From a bacterium (GTDB taxonomy: Bacteria > UBA8248), in contig CBDCRP010000003.1 of NCBI GenBank assembly GCA_965221165.1, forward strand, positions 928,001-992,000: a stretch of 64,000 nucleotides of DNA. Reading direction: 5' to 3'. This document shows, piece by piece, positions 50,291 through 60,376 of the stretch. The stretch's first letter is position 1, and each line of letters begins with the position of its first letter. The translations under genes were made by a program, and so were the position numbers. The notes beneath the pieces were generated by a model. That model worked only from the letters and a program-made list of their open reading frames with translations. It ran no database searches and was not told the origin of the DNA.

Positions 50291-50478
50291 CATTTGCCGT
50301 CACCGCGCGGGCGCCCGCCCGTGGCACGATGGCGAGCGGCCGGCGACTCAAGGCCGCACCCGCGGGAATATCTGAAAATAGGGGAAAATAGGGGAAAGTA
50401 AGTGAAAATATCTGAAAATTTATATAATTGATAAAAAAGGGGTTACACGGAATTTCCCGTGCATGGCGGCCTTTGGGG
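50291..50478 (+). repeat. Dispersed repeat with 10-bp phased GAAAA tracts, copy 2
   Basis: ATCTGAAAAT AGGGGAAAAT AGGGGAAAGT AAGTGAAAAT ATCTGAAAAT then TTGATAAAAAAGGGGTT..ATGGCGGCCT. Confidence 0.7.
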
Positions 50479-50521
50479 GCCTACGTGCGGCGGGCGCCGA
50501 GCGGGCCATCATGATTGCGCG

Positions 50522-51292
50522 TCAACGCGACTTCGGAACCACCAGGGTCTTGGGACGGCGCTCTTCCGCCGTCTTGAACAGCGAGAAAGTCTGGTTCACA
50601 TAGTTGACCGCCCCCGAAATGTGTTCGAGGTAGGCGTCGAGTTCCGGCGTGTGCGCGGCTTCGACCAACTGGACCGGCCGGTCCTGGGGCGTTGTTTCGA
50701 ACTGGCAATAAAAGAGCGGCTCGCCGCGAGAGAGCCGCAACTCCTTTTCGACGTCATGCCATTCGAACGCCCACATCAGCGCTCGCGGCCACACGTCGAT
50801 CGGAAAGCGGCCGCCGAAAATCGTGCCCGGCCAAGGCTCCGCGCGGTAATGCATGAAGGGCGCAATCTGGGACATATAGACCGGCTCGTCCGCAATGAAC
50901 ACATAGGGAAGGGACATCTGGATGGTGGGTCGCTCCGGATAGCGCCATTCCGCCTCGGGCGTGAGATGAATGAGGGTGCGGAGTTTATTCGGGCGCACCG
51001 GAGATCTCTGGCCCAGGAGGTTGCGCAGCGCCGGCTTGCCCTTCTTGTCCCGGGCGAAGGCGAGATGCAGGTCGAAAGGGCATTTCACCTCGAAATACCG
51101 GCTCTCGAGATTGAGTGTCGCCGGGCACCGCGAAGCCGATTTCGCATGGCGCTTGTTCATCTCCACCGAGCGCACCCGGGCGGGCGCGTCATAGATGACT
51201 CCGCCGCGCTCCTCGTTCAGCAACCAGCCGATTTTGACCGGGCCCGAACCCGGGCCTTCGCTCGGCAACTCGTGGGTAACGTGAATATCCAT
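50522..51292 (-). CDS. Hypothetical protein
   Basis: 256-aa ORF with AAGG RBS; RCPA, PFD, GEPL motifs; family uncertain. Confidence 0.7.
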   Translation of the reverse strand: MDIHVTHELPSEGPGSGPVKIGWLLNEERGGVIYDAPARVRSVEMNKRHAKSASRCPATLNLESRYFEVKCPFDLHLAFARDKKGKPALRNLLGQRSPVRPNKLRTLIHLTPEAEWRYPERPTIQMSLPYVFIADEPVYMSQIAPFMHYRAEPWPGTIFGGRFPIDVWPRALMWAFEWHDVEKELRLSRGEPLFYCQFETTPQDRPVQLVEAAHTPELDAYLEHISGAVNYVNQTFSLFKTAEERRPKTLVVPKSR

Positions 51293-51396
51293 GACCCATC
51301 CTTATACCGCGAAGACGGGGAGTGTCAACGACTTGTGAGCGCACCGATGGTCTCTATCGCGCATCTGTTGCGGGTAATGAAACTACCATAATGGCC

Positions 51397-52188
51397 TTAT
51401 GCGCCTGAGTCCGGCGGCCATGGAGTGACGCCGATTTCCCCGCGCATCAGGCGGCGGAATGCGGAGCGTCGCTGCGCTTCCCGAATGAGGGCGCCTACCA
51501 TCTGCCTCCAGAACACATACATCACACCGTCGGCACGCTTATGTTTTTTGCGCGCAAGTTTGCGCTCGCGTTCGATCTGGGAATCGTTTTGCTCGTCGTG
51601 CGAGACGACGGGCGGATCGATATAGAATACGTTCAACCCACTTTCCCAGAAACGGGATAGCGCCTGGTCGATTTCCCGCATCATCTTCGGCGTGTTCTCC
51701 AGAAAGTGGCGAGCCGCATCGCGCGTGATGACGTAGCCTTCACTCCCGTAGTCGTGGTAGCGTACGCGGCCCACTCGATGTCCCGTCTCGAGGCGCTCGC
51801 ACGGAATGAAGGTTCTGAGCGAGCGCCGGTTCAGTTTCACGACGTCGAAGGCGAACGGCCTGCGCTCCAGCGCGTCGAGAACTTCCGGGAGTTCCGGCGA
51901 CAACCCGGCGTCGTCCTCCAGTATCGCCGCGGTTTCCGGGCCGTTTTCCGCGATCTCCCGCATAATCTGATGATGACTCATCCAGCAGGCGATTTCCGCA
52001 TCGGCCTGGGGCCAGAGACCCAGTCGCCGTCTGGTTTCCCTGTCGACCTGGGCGTAGGTCTCCTGCGTAAAGTCTCGAATGTCGGCGGCGGGGTGAAACG
52101 CCGCTTCCAGACCAAGCGACGCGAACTGCTCCTCCATCCGGCGGCGGCGCTCGCAGGCCCCGGCGAGATTGATGACAAACAGTTTCAT
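51397..52188 (-). CDS. Glycosyltransferase family 25
   Basis: FVINL..ERRR, ACWMSH, ILEDD, GYVIT. Confidence 0.88.
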   Translation of the reverse strand: MKLFVINLAGACERRRRMEEQFASLGLEAAFHPAADIRDFTQETYAQVDRETRRRLGLWPQADAEIACWMSHHQIMREIAENGPETAAILEDDAGLSPELPEVLDALERRPFAFDVVKLNRRSLRTFIPCERLETGHRVGRVRYHDYGSEGYVITRDAARHFLENTPKMMREIDQALSRFWESGLNVFYIDPPVVSHDEQNDSQIERERKLARKKHKRADGVMYVFWRQMVGALIREAQRRSAFRRLMRGEIGVTPWPPDSGA

Positions 52189-52327
52189 GGTTGGGTCCCC
52201 TCGTGTCGGCGAATCTTCTTCATCATTTGCCGGACAATCTTGACACATATCCTCCTGTATATTCAGAACTCCTGTCGATGGCGACGCTCGCGGACTCTGG
52301 ATATCTTTCGTCTTGTCTCTTTGCTCA

Positions 52328-53122
52328 TCATAAATCACTGCTATTCTTCGCTTTCCATACCTTGCGATAAAAAAACACGCGCTTGAGAATCTCTTCCCTG
52401 AGAAGACTGACCGCGCGGTGCGGCAATTTCCAGAAATTCCGGCTCGGGCGGGAATCCGCTGCTTCCTGAAGGAAAGAATGGCCGCCCGCCTCGTTTCCAT
52501 CAATCACGACGGGATTTTCCAAAGAGAAAACGTTCAACCCTGTTTCCCAGTATGCGTGCAGCGTATGATCGGGCCCATGAACTATTCTTGGACAGTGTCT
52601 CAGCAAGCGATTTGCTCCCTTTTGGGAAACTACATAACCTTGCGTTCCCCAGTCCGAAAACTTGGTGATGCCTAGTCTGATACCCTCATCGACTCTTTTT
52701 AGCGGCGCAAAGGCTTTATCCTTCCTGTTTCGATGCAGAAAAACAAAGTCGAATTCCCAGCCCGAGGAATATAGCCGCGCAAGCGCATCGAGCGCGTCGC
52801 CGATTTCCGCAGCCAGAGTTACATCGTCTTCGAGGATTGCAACCAATTCATCATCGCCGGCCGCAACGCCTTCCAGCGCCTTTCTGTGACTGAGATGGCA
52901 AGCGACCATGCCGTCCGAGAGCGGACGGCGGCCCTCCAGGTCACGGGATTTCCTGTCCACGAGGGTCCAGTCTTCTTCGCCCAGATCGCGCCAGTCGATG
53001 GCGTCTAAAATCTCGAATTCCATATCAAGAGCGCTGAACTGCCGGGACATTGCTTCGCACCGCTCTTTGGCGCGCGGCAGATTGATGACGATGCACTTCA
53101 TCGCGCGTGGGTCATGGGCCAC
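52328..53122 (-). CDS. Glycosyltransferase family 25
   Basis: VINLPR, ACHLSH, ILEDD, GYVVS. Confidence 0.88.
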   Translation of the reverse strand: MAHDPRAMKCIVINLPRAKERCEAMSRQFSALDMEFEILDAIDWRDLGEEDWTLVDRKSRDLEGRRPLSDGMVACHLSHRKALEGVAAGDDELVAILEDDVTLAAEIGDALDALARLYSSGWEFDFVFLHRNRKDKAFAPLKRVDEGIRLGITKFSDWGTQGYVVSQKGANRLLRHCPRIVHGPDHTLHAYWETGLNVFSLENPVVIDGNEAGGHSFLQEAADSRPSRNFWKLPHRAVSLLREEILKRVFFYRKVWKAKNSSDL

Positions 53123-53309
53123 TGCCTTACCTCGTTTATCGTTTCAAGACGGAATCCGGCAAAATTTTTACTTCATGCCGGCCGGCTCCATTCCAACTCC
53201 GGGGGCGATAATAGCATTTCTTCGTCGATGGGGTAACGAGGCGGGAGGGGAATCGGCGGGCGGAGAAAGCGCGGTGGCGTTGTATTGGCAGGGGCAGGTC
53301 GCGCTACAG

Positions 53310-53710
53310 AAGGCTTGTAGGGGACCATCGCGTCCCGCAGGCGCGAACTCTCCTCGGGTGTGGTTTACTCGTCATTCCGGCGCATGCCGGAATCCAGAAA
53401 TGCCCCACACGGGACATTTCACTTTGCCGTTGGTTTTCATCTTCATTTCCGGCAATTGAAGGGAAGAGGAAATGCCACAATTTATGACCGCCTCATCGGT
53501 TCTGGTCAACCTCGCGGTTGCCACCAACATGCGCCGGAACGACGGCGATTCGGCAGGGGGCGCGGGCGGACACGCGGGTCCGCCTCTACCATTTCCTCAT
53601 ACCTGCCGCAGGGGCGAACCCCTCCTCGGAACCGCCCCACGCATACATGCGGCCCGTGGTTGGGAGGCGAAAAAAGCAGGGTTGCATGTATGCAACCCCT
53701 ACAAAAGCGT
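53310..53710. repeat. REP-like repeat cluster
   Basis: GTCATTCCGGCGCATGCCGGAATCCA, GGGTTGCATGTATGCAACCCCTAC. Confidence 0.75.
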
Positions 53711-53742
53711 ATTTCCTCCCCCCGCCGTCTTTCCCGATCCGG

Positions 53743-54438
53743 TCAATGCCAGGACAGGTTGATGTAGGGCCGTTCGATGCTTCGGGCTTTCTCGTAGAGT
53801 GCATTGATCCGCGGCTTGTGAGCCGGGATCCGTTTTTCGTGCGTTTCCGCGAAGATATGGTCGATGCGCGCCAGGACGTCCGGCCGGTCGAACAAGGATT
53901 CGAGCAGTTCGACCTCGGCGCCTTCGATATCGATCTTCAAAACCCCGACCTCTTCATCGAGACCCTCGAGATAGCTGATGAAGTCTATCTGTCGGACCTC
54001 GACGGCGTCCTCTTCGGCGACGTTCCTCGCGTCGGCAATGACCGAACTTGATTCCGAATATAAGGCGGGATTGTTCTCGAATCGGGTATGCCGATAGAGA
54101 AAAACCTTATTCTCGCACGCGCCCGCCGCTGCGTTCACAATCGTGACGTTGTCGAGATCCGCAACGTTGGCCCGAAGCTCCGCGCAGGCCCACGGGTCGG
54201 GTTCAAAGGCGATCACCTGTTTGGCCCTGAGCGCCATCTTTCTGGTGTACACGCCGATGTTGGCCCCCAGATCGATGCACGTCATGCCTTCTGAGCGGCG
54301 GAGCGCCTCCTCGAACGCCGCCAGAGCGTGCAGCCCCAGAAATTTGCGTTCGTAATAGCGCCCCCATTCCCCCGGCAGCCGACGCAACAGGTTGTATCTG
54401 AAATACTTGTAGGTTCGATAGAGGCCCGATTTCTTCAT
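53743..54438 (-). CDS. FkbM family methyltransferase
   Basis: IDLGANIG, FEPDP, LKIDIEGAE; GAGGGG RBS before MKKSG. Confidence 0.9.
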   Translation of the reverse strand: MKKSGLYRTYKYFRYNLLRRLPGEWGRYYERKFLGLHALAAFEEALRRSEGMTCIDLGANIGVYTRKMALRAKQVIAFEPDPWACAELRANVADLDNVTIVNAAAGACENKVFLYRHTRFENNPALYSESSSVIADARNVAEEDAVEVRQIDFISYLEGLDEEVGVLKIDIEGAEVELLESLFDRPDVLARIDHIFAETHEKRIPAHKPRINALYEKARSIERPYINLSWH

Positions 54439-54439
54439 C

Positions 54440-54615
54440 GCTTCCCCTCGGCCGGCTCTATTCCATGTCCGGGAGCGGACAGTACCATTTCTTCGTTGAT
54501 GCCGTAACGACTCGAAGCGAGGGCCGCGACAGGCGCGCTCTCTGCCGCGCCGACGACTCAGGGCGCGCGGCAGATTGATGACGACGCATTTCATCGCGCG
54601 CGACGCACGGGCCAC
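54440..54615 (-). pseudogene. Deleted remnant of a third GT25 gene
   Basis: MARASRAMKCVVINLPRA nearly identical to the N-terminus of 52328..53122, then similarity is lost. Confidence 0.65.
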
Positions 54616-54731
54616 CGTTATCTCCCATTCATTTTATCTGCTGATTCCGGGCGGAAGATGATGCAACAAGCAGAAAACAGGCATAGAAAAATTCGCTCAA
54701 CGGCGAAATCTCCATAAATCATAGAATTTAT

Positions 54732-54807
54732 TGGTGGAGCTGAGGGGGATCGAACCCCTGACCTCATGACTGCCAGTCATGCGCTCTCCCAGCTGAGCTA
54801 CAGCCCC
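54732..54807 (-). tRNA. tRNA-Ala (GGC)
   Basis: 76-nt cloverleaf GGGGCTGTAGCTCAG..CTGGCAG..GGTTCGATCC..CTCCACCA with G3:U70. Confidence 0.97.
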
Positions 54808-54904
54808 ATACAGAAGGAGACCTTCGAACCCCGAGGGGTGCGAAGGAATGTAGCGGAAACCGCCCATTCTCGTCAATGGAAACCGGAGCGAGACGCGCAG
54901 ATGC

Positions 54905-55990
54905 TCAACCGCCGGGGTCGGGCTCCTGAACGAACGCGCGCACCTGCCCGGAAAGCTCCGCGAAATCAGAACTTCCCGCCGCATCCTCCGCGAGAACCTC
55001 CACCTCCTCCGGCCCGCGCGCGCCGAGCCCGAGTTCGACCGCGCGCCTGATCTGCCGGTGCGACCAAATCGGATAATCGCGCAGGAGTTCAGACCCCATG
55101 GCGCGCACCACCGATGCGCCCACGACGTCCACGGCGACCCGATCATCGCCTACTATCATCACGTTCGGCTCACGCTCCTCTCCGGTATAGGGACCGCCCG
55201 ATATCCAGCATTTCGTCCCGTCCAGCACGATGAGGGAGGGGGAATAGAGCAGGTTCGTCTCCATGATCATCTCCGCCATCTGGGAGACGAAATGGGCGCG
55301 AACGCGATCCCTCGGGTGCACGAACCCGTATACGTTCTTGAGCGAGAGGCTGAAGCGCGGCCCCCCGCCGTGGCTCTTCATCGTGGGCAGGTTGACGACG
55401 TGCCGGCCGGGCCTTAAGAGGCGCTCGATGCAATGCACCCATCCGCCCCAGCGGATCGCCTCGGGCGCGCGGGCCTTCACCCACGGCTCCTCGTCGAAGC
55501 GCAAGACGCTCACGCCCGTTCTCTCCTGAAAATCGCTCATCCCCCAGCGCTCGAAATTCCCGCGCGCGGGCAGGGAGAGGAGGCCGCCCATCTCGCCCAC
55601 GGCCAAATCGTCGCAACCCGCTTCTTTCAGGAGGGCGACGACGGTTTCGAGCGTATCGGGATGCGTCGAGGCCGGGAAAGGATCGGCCGAGTTGAAGTTG
55701 GGTTTCAAGAGCGCGGGCGCGGGAGAATCGATGATATGCCGGATGCCGCCCAGTTTTTCCACCGCCAGGCGTATGGCCTCATCGCGCGTCTCCCCCCGAA
55801 CCATGGCCACGAGGCTCCTGCCCTCTTTCCTAAGACTTGGGCTGCGAAGCGGAGGGACTTCCGCTTCCGGGTAAACTTGTTTCGTCTCCTGCAACTCCCG
55901 GTAGGCCGCCGATTCATCGTAATCGAGGACTTTCCTGAAATTCTCGGCCCGCGTCGCCACGGGCGTATCGAGTGGAACTATCATTATCAC
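54905..55990 (-). CDS. DUF362 domain protein
   Basis: [31 protein letters not shown]. Confidence 0.85.
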   Translation of the reverse strand: MIMIVPLDTPVATRAENFRKVLDYDESAAYRELQETKQVYPEAEVPPLRSPSLRKEGRSLVAMVRGETRDEAIRLAVEKLGGIRHIIDSPAPALLKPNFNSADPFPASTHPDTLETVVALLKEAGCDDLAVGEMGGLLSLPARGNFERWGMSDFQERTGVSVLRFDEEPWVKARAPEAIRWGGWVHCIERLLRPGRHVVNLPTMKSHGGGPRFSLSLKNVYGFVHPRDRVRAHFVSQMAEMIMETNLLYSPSLIVLDGTKCWISGGPYTGEEREPNVMIVGDDRVAVDVVGASVVRAMGSELLRDYPIWSHRQIRRAVELGLGARGPEEVEVLAEDAAGSSDFAELSGQVRAFVQEPDPGG

Positions 55991-56344
55991 TCCTCCGGGG
56001 GAAGATGATTATCGGTTTCCATTATTGGAGGCATTCTACACCCCCAAGGCCGATTTTGTGAAACCATCCCTCGATGATTTCGCACCTCCCGATGATGCGA
56101 GAAAAAAACCCGGATGCAAGGAGATGTCGGCGGAATGATGACCTCTTTCGCTTTCCTCTCTCCCACAAGCACTAGCTTACTATTGAAACTAAAGCAGTAT
56201 TCCAGTTTCTTTCGCCTTTATCCTGTATTAGACTCAGGCTCCATCAGCGCAAGGCAGGACAAGCGAGTCCAATAGACATATTGCCTCCCCATACCTCCCA
56301 AAGCGCCTCGACGACGTTTGCTACATCTGATGGAAGGTTTTTTC

Positions 56345-57181
56345 ATGCTTTTTTTCATTCAATTCCTGGCGATGGGCTTAGGGGTCGGCTTCCTCGGCAC
56401 GCTGGTGGGAGCGGGAGGCGGCTTCATCCTCACGCCCCTGCTCTTACTGATCTTCACCGAGCAACCCTCCGAGGTAATCGCCGCCACCTCGCTCAGCGTG
56501 GTCTGCCTGAACGCCCTTTCGGGTTCGGTCGCCTATTACCGTCAAAAGCGAATCGACCTCAAGACCAGCGCTTCTTTCGCCCTGGCGGGCGCTCCTTGGG
56601 TGATCGTCGGCGTCTACGCCACGAGCGAGGTCGCGCGCGGGCCGTTCGACATCATTCTGGGTCTGGCTCTGCTCATCCTGTGCATCTCCATCATCAACCC
56701 GCCGCCTCCCCTGGAAGCGACGCGGGAGAGCGGCGGCGGTCTGGCCGCCCTGGCGCAACGCCGCATCGTCGACAACCAGGGCCGCGTCTATGAGTACGCC
56801 TTCCGCTTCCGGCTCGGTGTCTGCCTGAGTTCCATCGTGGGTTTTCTGGCGAGCTTTCTGGGCATCGGGGGCGGCCCGATGCACGTTCCCGTGATGATAA
56901 GAATCCTGCGGATTCCTCCCCACATCGCCACCGCCACGTCGCAGTGCGAGCTTCTCTTGACCACCGCGCTCGCCGTGGTGGTTCATTTCTTCCACGGAAA
57001 CCTCCATGCGATGAAGAGCGTGATTCTCCCCCTCGCGATCGGGATAATCGTGGGCGCGCAAGTGGGAGCCGCGATATCGAACAAGGTGAAATCCCTCACC
57101 CTCACACGCATTCTGGCGGTGCTGATGACGCTCGTCTCCCTGCAGCTTCTCTATAAGGGCGCTCGCGCGTGGCTGTGGTGA
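56345..57181 (+). CDS. TauE/SafE (TSUP) family transporter
   Basis: GAGGGF..P, ATSL, GIGGG, ATATS, GAQVGA. Confidence 0.9.
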   Translation: MLFFIQFLAMGLGVGFLGTLVGAGGGFILTPLLLLIFTEQPSEVIAATSLSVVCLNALSGSVAYYRQKRIDLKTSASFALAGAPWVIVGVYATSEVARGPFDIILGLALLILCISIINPPPPLEATRESGGGLAALAQRRIVDNQGRVYEYAFRFRLGVCLSSIVGFLASFLGIGGGPMHVPVMIRILRIPPHIATATSQCELLLTTALAVVVHFFHGNLHAMKSVILPLAIGIIVGAQVGAAISNKVKSLTLTRILAVLMTLVSLQLLYKGARAWLW

Positions 57182-57308
57182 ACCGCGCCTCGGTCTGGCA
57201 AATCGGCGCGTCGTGTGTGAGAATGCGGCCTCTGGTTAAAGACCACTTGGACAATTACATTCAACAAGGCGTCAGCCCGGAGAGGCGGGCGAGAAGGAGA
57301 TTTTGAAC

Positions 57309-58091
57309 ATGTCGGAGAGAGCAACCGTCGTAGAGGTCAAGGACAAAACCCTCTGGGTGGGGCTGAACCGTCCCAAAACGCTGAACGCGATGAATTTTCA
57401 GATGATCAACGAAGTCATCGAAGCCTTCACCCGGCTCGATGAGGACCCCGACATCGGCGCGGGCGTCCTGTACGGCCTGAACGGGAATTTCTCCTCGGGC
57501 GGCGACATGGACATGATGCTGGGCTTGAACTACCAGACGGGCCACATCTGGAACAACAAGATGAGGCGGCTTTGCATGACGCTCAGAAACTCGGGCAAGC
57601 CCACCATCGCCATGGTGCGCGGCTGGTGCATCGGCGGGGGCAACGAATGGCAGCTCTATTGCGATTTGTGCATCGCGAGCGAAAACGCGACGTTCGGGCA
57701 ATCGGGCGCGCGCGTGGGCGCACTGCCGGTGGTGGGCGCCACGCAATACCTCCCCCTGCTCATGGGCGATCGCAGAGCGCGCCAGATGCTGTTCCTGGCC
57801 AAGCGCTATTCCGCGCAGGAGGCCAAGGAAGCCGGGCTGATCAACGAAGTCGTGCCCGACGATGAACTCGAAAAGACGACCGAGGAGTGGTGCGCCACCA
57901 TCAACTCCCACGCCCCGGCCACGCTGCGCTACATGAAGACGAACTTGAATTTCCTGGGCGACCTCCACTATCCCTCATGGATGCACGGCAGCGAACTTCT
58001 GAACGCCGTGTGGAACAACGAGCAATCCGTCGAGGGAATGAACGCGTTCAAGGAAAAAAGGCCAGCCGATTTCAGCCGCTTCCCCCGCTAG
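57309..58091 (+). CDS. Crotonase superfamily protein (MenB/BadI/Oah-like)
   Basis: LNRPKTLNA, FSSGGD, GWCIGGGNE, AFKEKRPADF. Confidence 0.88.
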   Translation: MSERATVVEVKDKTLWVGLNRPKTLNAMNFQMINEVIEAFTRLDEDPDIGAGVLYGLNGNFSSGGDMDMMLGLNYQTGHIWNNKMRRLCMTLRNSGKPTIAMVRGWCIGGGNEWQLYCDLCIASENATFGQSGARVGALPVVGATQYLPLLMGDRRARQMLFLAKRYSAQEAKEAGLINEVVPDDELEKTTEEWCATINSHAPATLRYMKTNLNFLGDLHYPSWMHGSELLNAVWNNEQSVEGMNAFKEKRPADFSRFPR

Positions 58092-58241
58092 GGGCGGCGG
58101 AGAAATCAGGGGTCGGAAACTTGCTGCGAACAAGGTAGGGGCGCGCCATATTTTGCATGGCGGGGCCTTACACGCTCTACTTGTACGCCTGCCGGTTCAC
58201 TTCATCATGCCGCTTCACTCGATGTCGTTGGAGGAAAATGG

Positions 58242-58721
58242 GTGGCGCGCAAGAAAATCGGGCCGCGCCCCGGTTATATACGCGGCGAATCAGGCGCGAG
58301 CGGTAAGGCGGCGGGCGCAAACGCGCGCTTCGTGGATGAGGAGACCCTGAACTGGCTGCTGCTCCCCCGGGAGGAGTTCGGCCTCGAGGCGAAAAACTGC
58401 GTCGGTGTCGAGATTTTCGGGGGCAGCATGGAGCCGCTCCTGCCGGAGGGATGCCTCGTCCTCATCGACACGAACGACAAAACCTTGCACAAAGACGGCA
58501 TATACGCCCTGCGCGGAACGGATGGGCGGTGCGCGGTCAAACACGTCGAGATACTCGACGCCAGGCGCATCGCCCTCATCCCGGCGAATCGTGCGGAGTT
58601 TCGTGCGGAAATATGGGAACTGGCCGTCGGGGAAAATCTGGAAGATAGAATTATCGGCAGGGTGGTCTGGCGCGCCCATCACCTCAAGAAAAACATGAAC
58701 GGGGAACCGCCGGGCGGTTAG
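58242..58721 (+). CDS. S24 family peptidase domain protein without HTH
   Basis: GGSMEP (Ser), AVKH (Lys), IIGRVVW. Confidence 0.8.
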   Translation: MARKKIGPRPGYIRGESGASGKAAGANARFVDEETLNWLLLPREEFGLEAKNCVGVEIFGGSMEPLLPEGCLVLIDTNDKTLHKDGIYALRGTDGRCAVKHVEILDARRIALIPANRAEFRAEIWELAVGENLEDRIIGRVVWRAHHLKKNMNGEPPGG

Positions 58722-59401
58722 CGGGCGTAGCCCTTTCGCTTGTAGACGCCGGGGGAGCCGGGAGCCTGCCGGTAATAGCTCCGCACGCGCGCCGTCCATT
58801 CGGAGGCGTTCATGCGCTTCCACTCGGGCGTTTCGCGCACGGATTCATCCTCCATCTCGTAGAGCACGATCATGAGCCTCTCCCCCTCCACGGTATTGTA
58901 GCGGCGCATGCGCCTCACCCCCGGCACCTCCTCGCACAAGGGGCCGCGATCCCGGGAGTACCAGCCGTTAAAATCGGCGAGCCACTCCTGTGGAACATGG
59001 ATTCTGCCGAACTGGATGACGGGACCGAGGCCGGCCGCGTCCACCGACGGGAAATCGGGCTGCCGCGCCGGCAAGCCGGGATAGACCTGCGCGCAGAACA
59101 AGCGGATGCACGTCTTGGGGGAATTGGGAGAGCGCATCTCGTCGGAGTTCATGAGCGAGGCGAACTCCTCGCCATAGAACACATGAATGTTTTCAGCTTC
59201 GATCAAGTTCAGAAAGCGCGGCGCACCATCGATGGCTTCGTAGCCCGCCCCTCCGTTCACACCGGAGATTTTGAGCATTCTCGAGAGGCGAACCTCATCG
59301 AGCCACGCGCGAGCCTCATCCTCCTCGCCTGCTGCAAAATCGAACAATTCGGCAAGCAAACCCATGCCATGTGTGCGCACAAACACTTCTCCGTCTTTCA
59401 C
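58718..59401 (-). CDS. Hypothetical protein (dimeric alpha/beta barrel-like)
   Basis: FNGWY..VPGV..RRY..LYE pattern. Confidence 0.65.
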   Translation of the reverse strand: MKDGEVFVRTHGMGLLAELFDFAAGEEDEARAWLDEVRLSRMLKISGVNGGAGYEAIDGAPRFLNLIEAENIHVFYGEEFASLMNSDEMRSPNSPKTCIRLFCAQVYPGLPARQPDFPSVDAAGLGPVIQFGRIHVPQEWLADFNGWYSRDRGPLCEEVPGVRRMRRYNTVEGERLMIVLYEMEDESVRETPEWKRMNASEWTARVRSYYRQAPGSPGVYKRKGYAR

Positions 59402-59424
59402 GTCGGGAAAAGGGAGAACCCGCG

Positions 59425-59751
59425 CTATTTCTTCTGGAGCGCCACCCGTATCGTTCCCCCATACTGCGCGGCCACCAGATGATGGGGGCGATATCCTTCC
59501 TTGAGAATTTCGACCGTGAACGTATCCGCGTAATGATCCTTTATCTTCTTCCAGGGGATGACGACCGGCGATTTGCCTATTTTTTCCTTACCGAGCTTCA
59601 CGGTGGCGCCCGGAGGCTCCGTGATCACCTCCACGCCTCGCGGCACCACGTCGCCGCACGCACCCAACACGAAAACCACGGCGAGAAGCACCAATCCCAT
59701 ACCGAGGGTCTTGCGCATTCCTTGTTTCTCCTTCATTGCCGTACCCATCAA
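59425..59751 (-). CDS. PEGA-domain lipoprotein
   Basis: Lipobox LGAC; TEPPGATV..GKSP..KEGY. Confidence 0.8.
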   Translation of the reverse strand: MMGTAMKEKQGMRKTLGMGLVLLAVVFVLGACGDVVPRGVEVITEPPGATVKLGKEKIGKSPVVIPWKKIKDHYADTFTVEILKEGYRPHHLVAAQYGGTIRVALQKK

Positions 59752-59883
59752 ATATCATATACGAGAAGCGGGCGCGACCAGGAAGCCCCGCCTTGACTTT
59801 CAGGGGATTATGAACCCATCGGTTGACAAAATCCACCGCGAAACAGACCCTCTGCGGGATAATCGGGACGGGAGGATTTCCGC

Positions 59884-60357
59884 TTGCGCCGGCACCGCTA
59901 CTATTTCGATCTCATACTCAAGGGCGTGGACAAATACAATCTCGCCGACTGCATCGTGGATGAATACCTGCCTCTCACCGCGCAAATACCCATCTGGGAA
60001 ATCACGGAAAAAATCCGCAAGGGGCACCTCCATTTCGAGCACGAAAGCGTGGAGCCCCTAGAGGAATTCGAAAAAAACCTAATCGCCCTGAGCGCATATC
60101 TTCACGAGGTGCTCAAAGGCTTTCACGCGGTCGAAGAAGTACAAGAAGACAGGCTCCGCCTCGTCGAGGCGCAAAAAATTCTGGCGCTCAGGGGCGAGGC
60201 CGTCACCCTTCCCCTGCGGCTTCCGCCCATGCTCAGGCTCAACGACCTGGACCCCGACGCGGACGACCTCGACCACATCGAGGCGCGCTGGCCGGACTAC
60301 CCACGCTGGTTCCAGGACGGGATGCGCAGAAAACACCCGTATTTAAGACGTCTCTAG
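59884..60357 (+). CDS. Hypothetical protein
   Basis: GGAGG RBS before TTG; fills the gap between flanking genes. Confidence 0.65.
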   Translation: MRRHRYYFDLILKGVDKYNLADCIVDEYLPLTAQIPIWEITEKIRKGHLHFEHESVEPLEEFEKNLIALSAYLHEVLKGFHAVEEVQEDRLRLVEAQKILALRGEAVTLPLRLPPMLRLNDLDPDADDLDHIEARWPDYPRWFQDGMRRKHPYLRRL

Positions 60358-60376
60358 GGGGTGCAAGCAGAACGAA

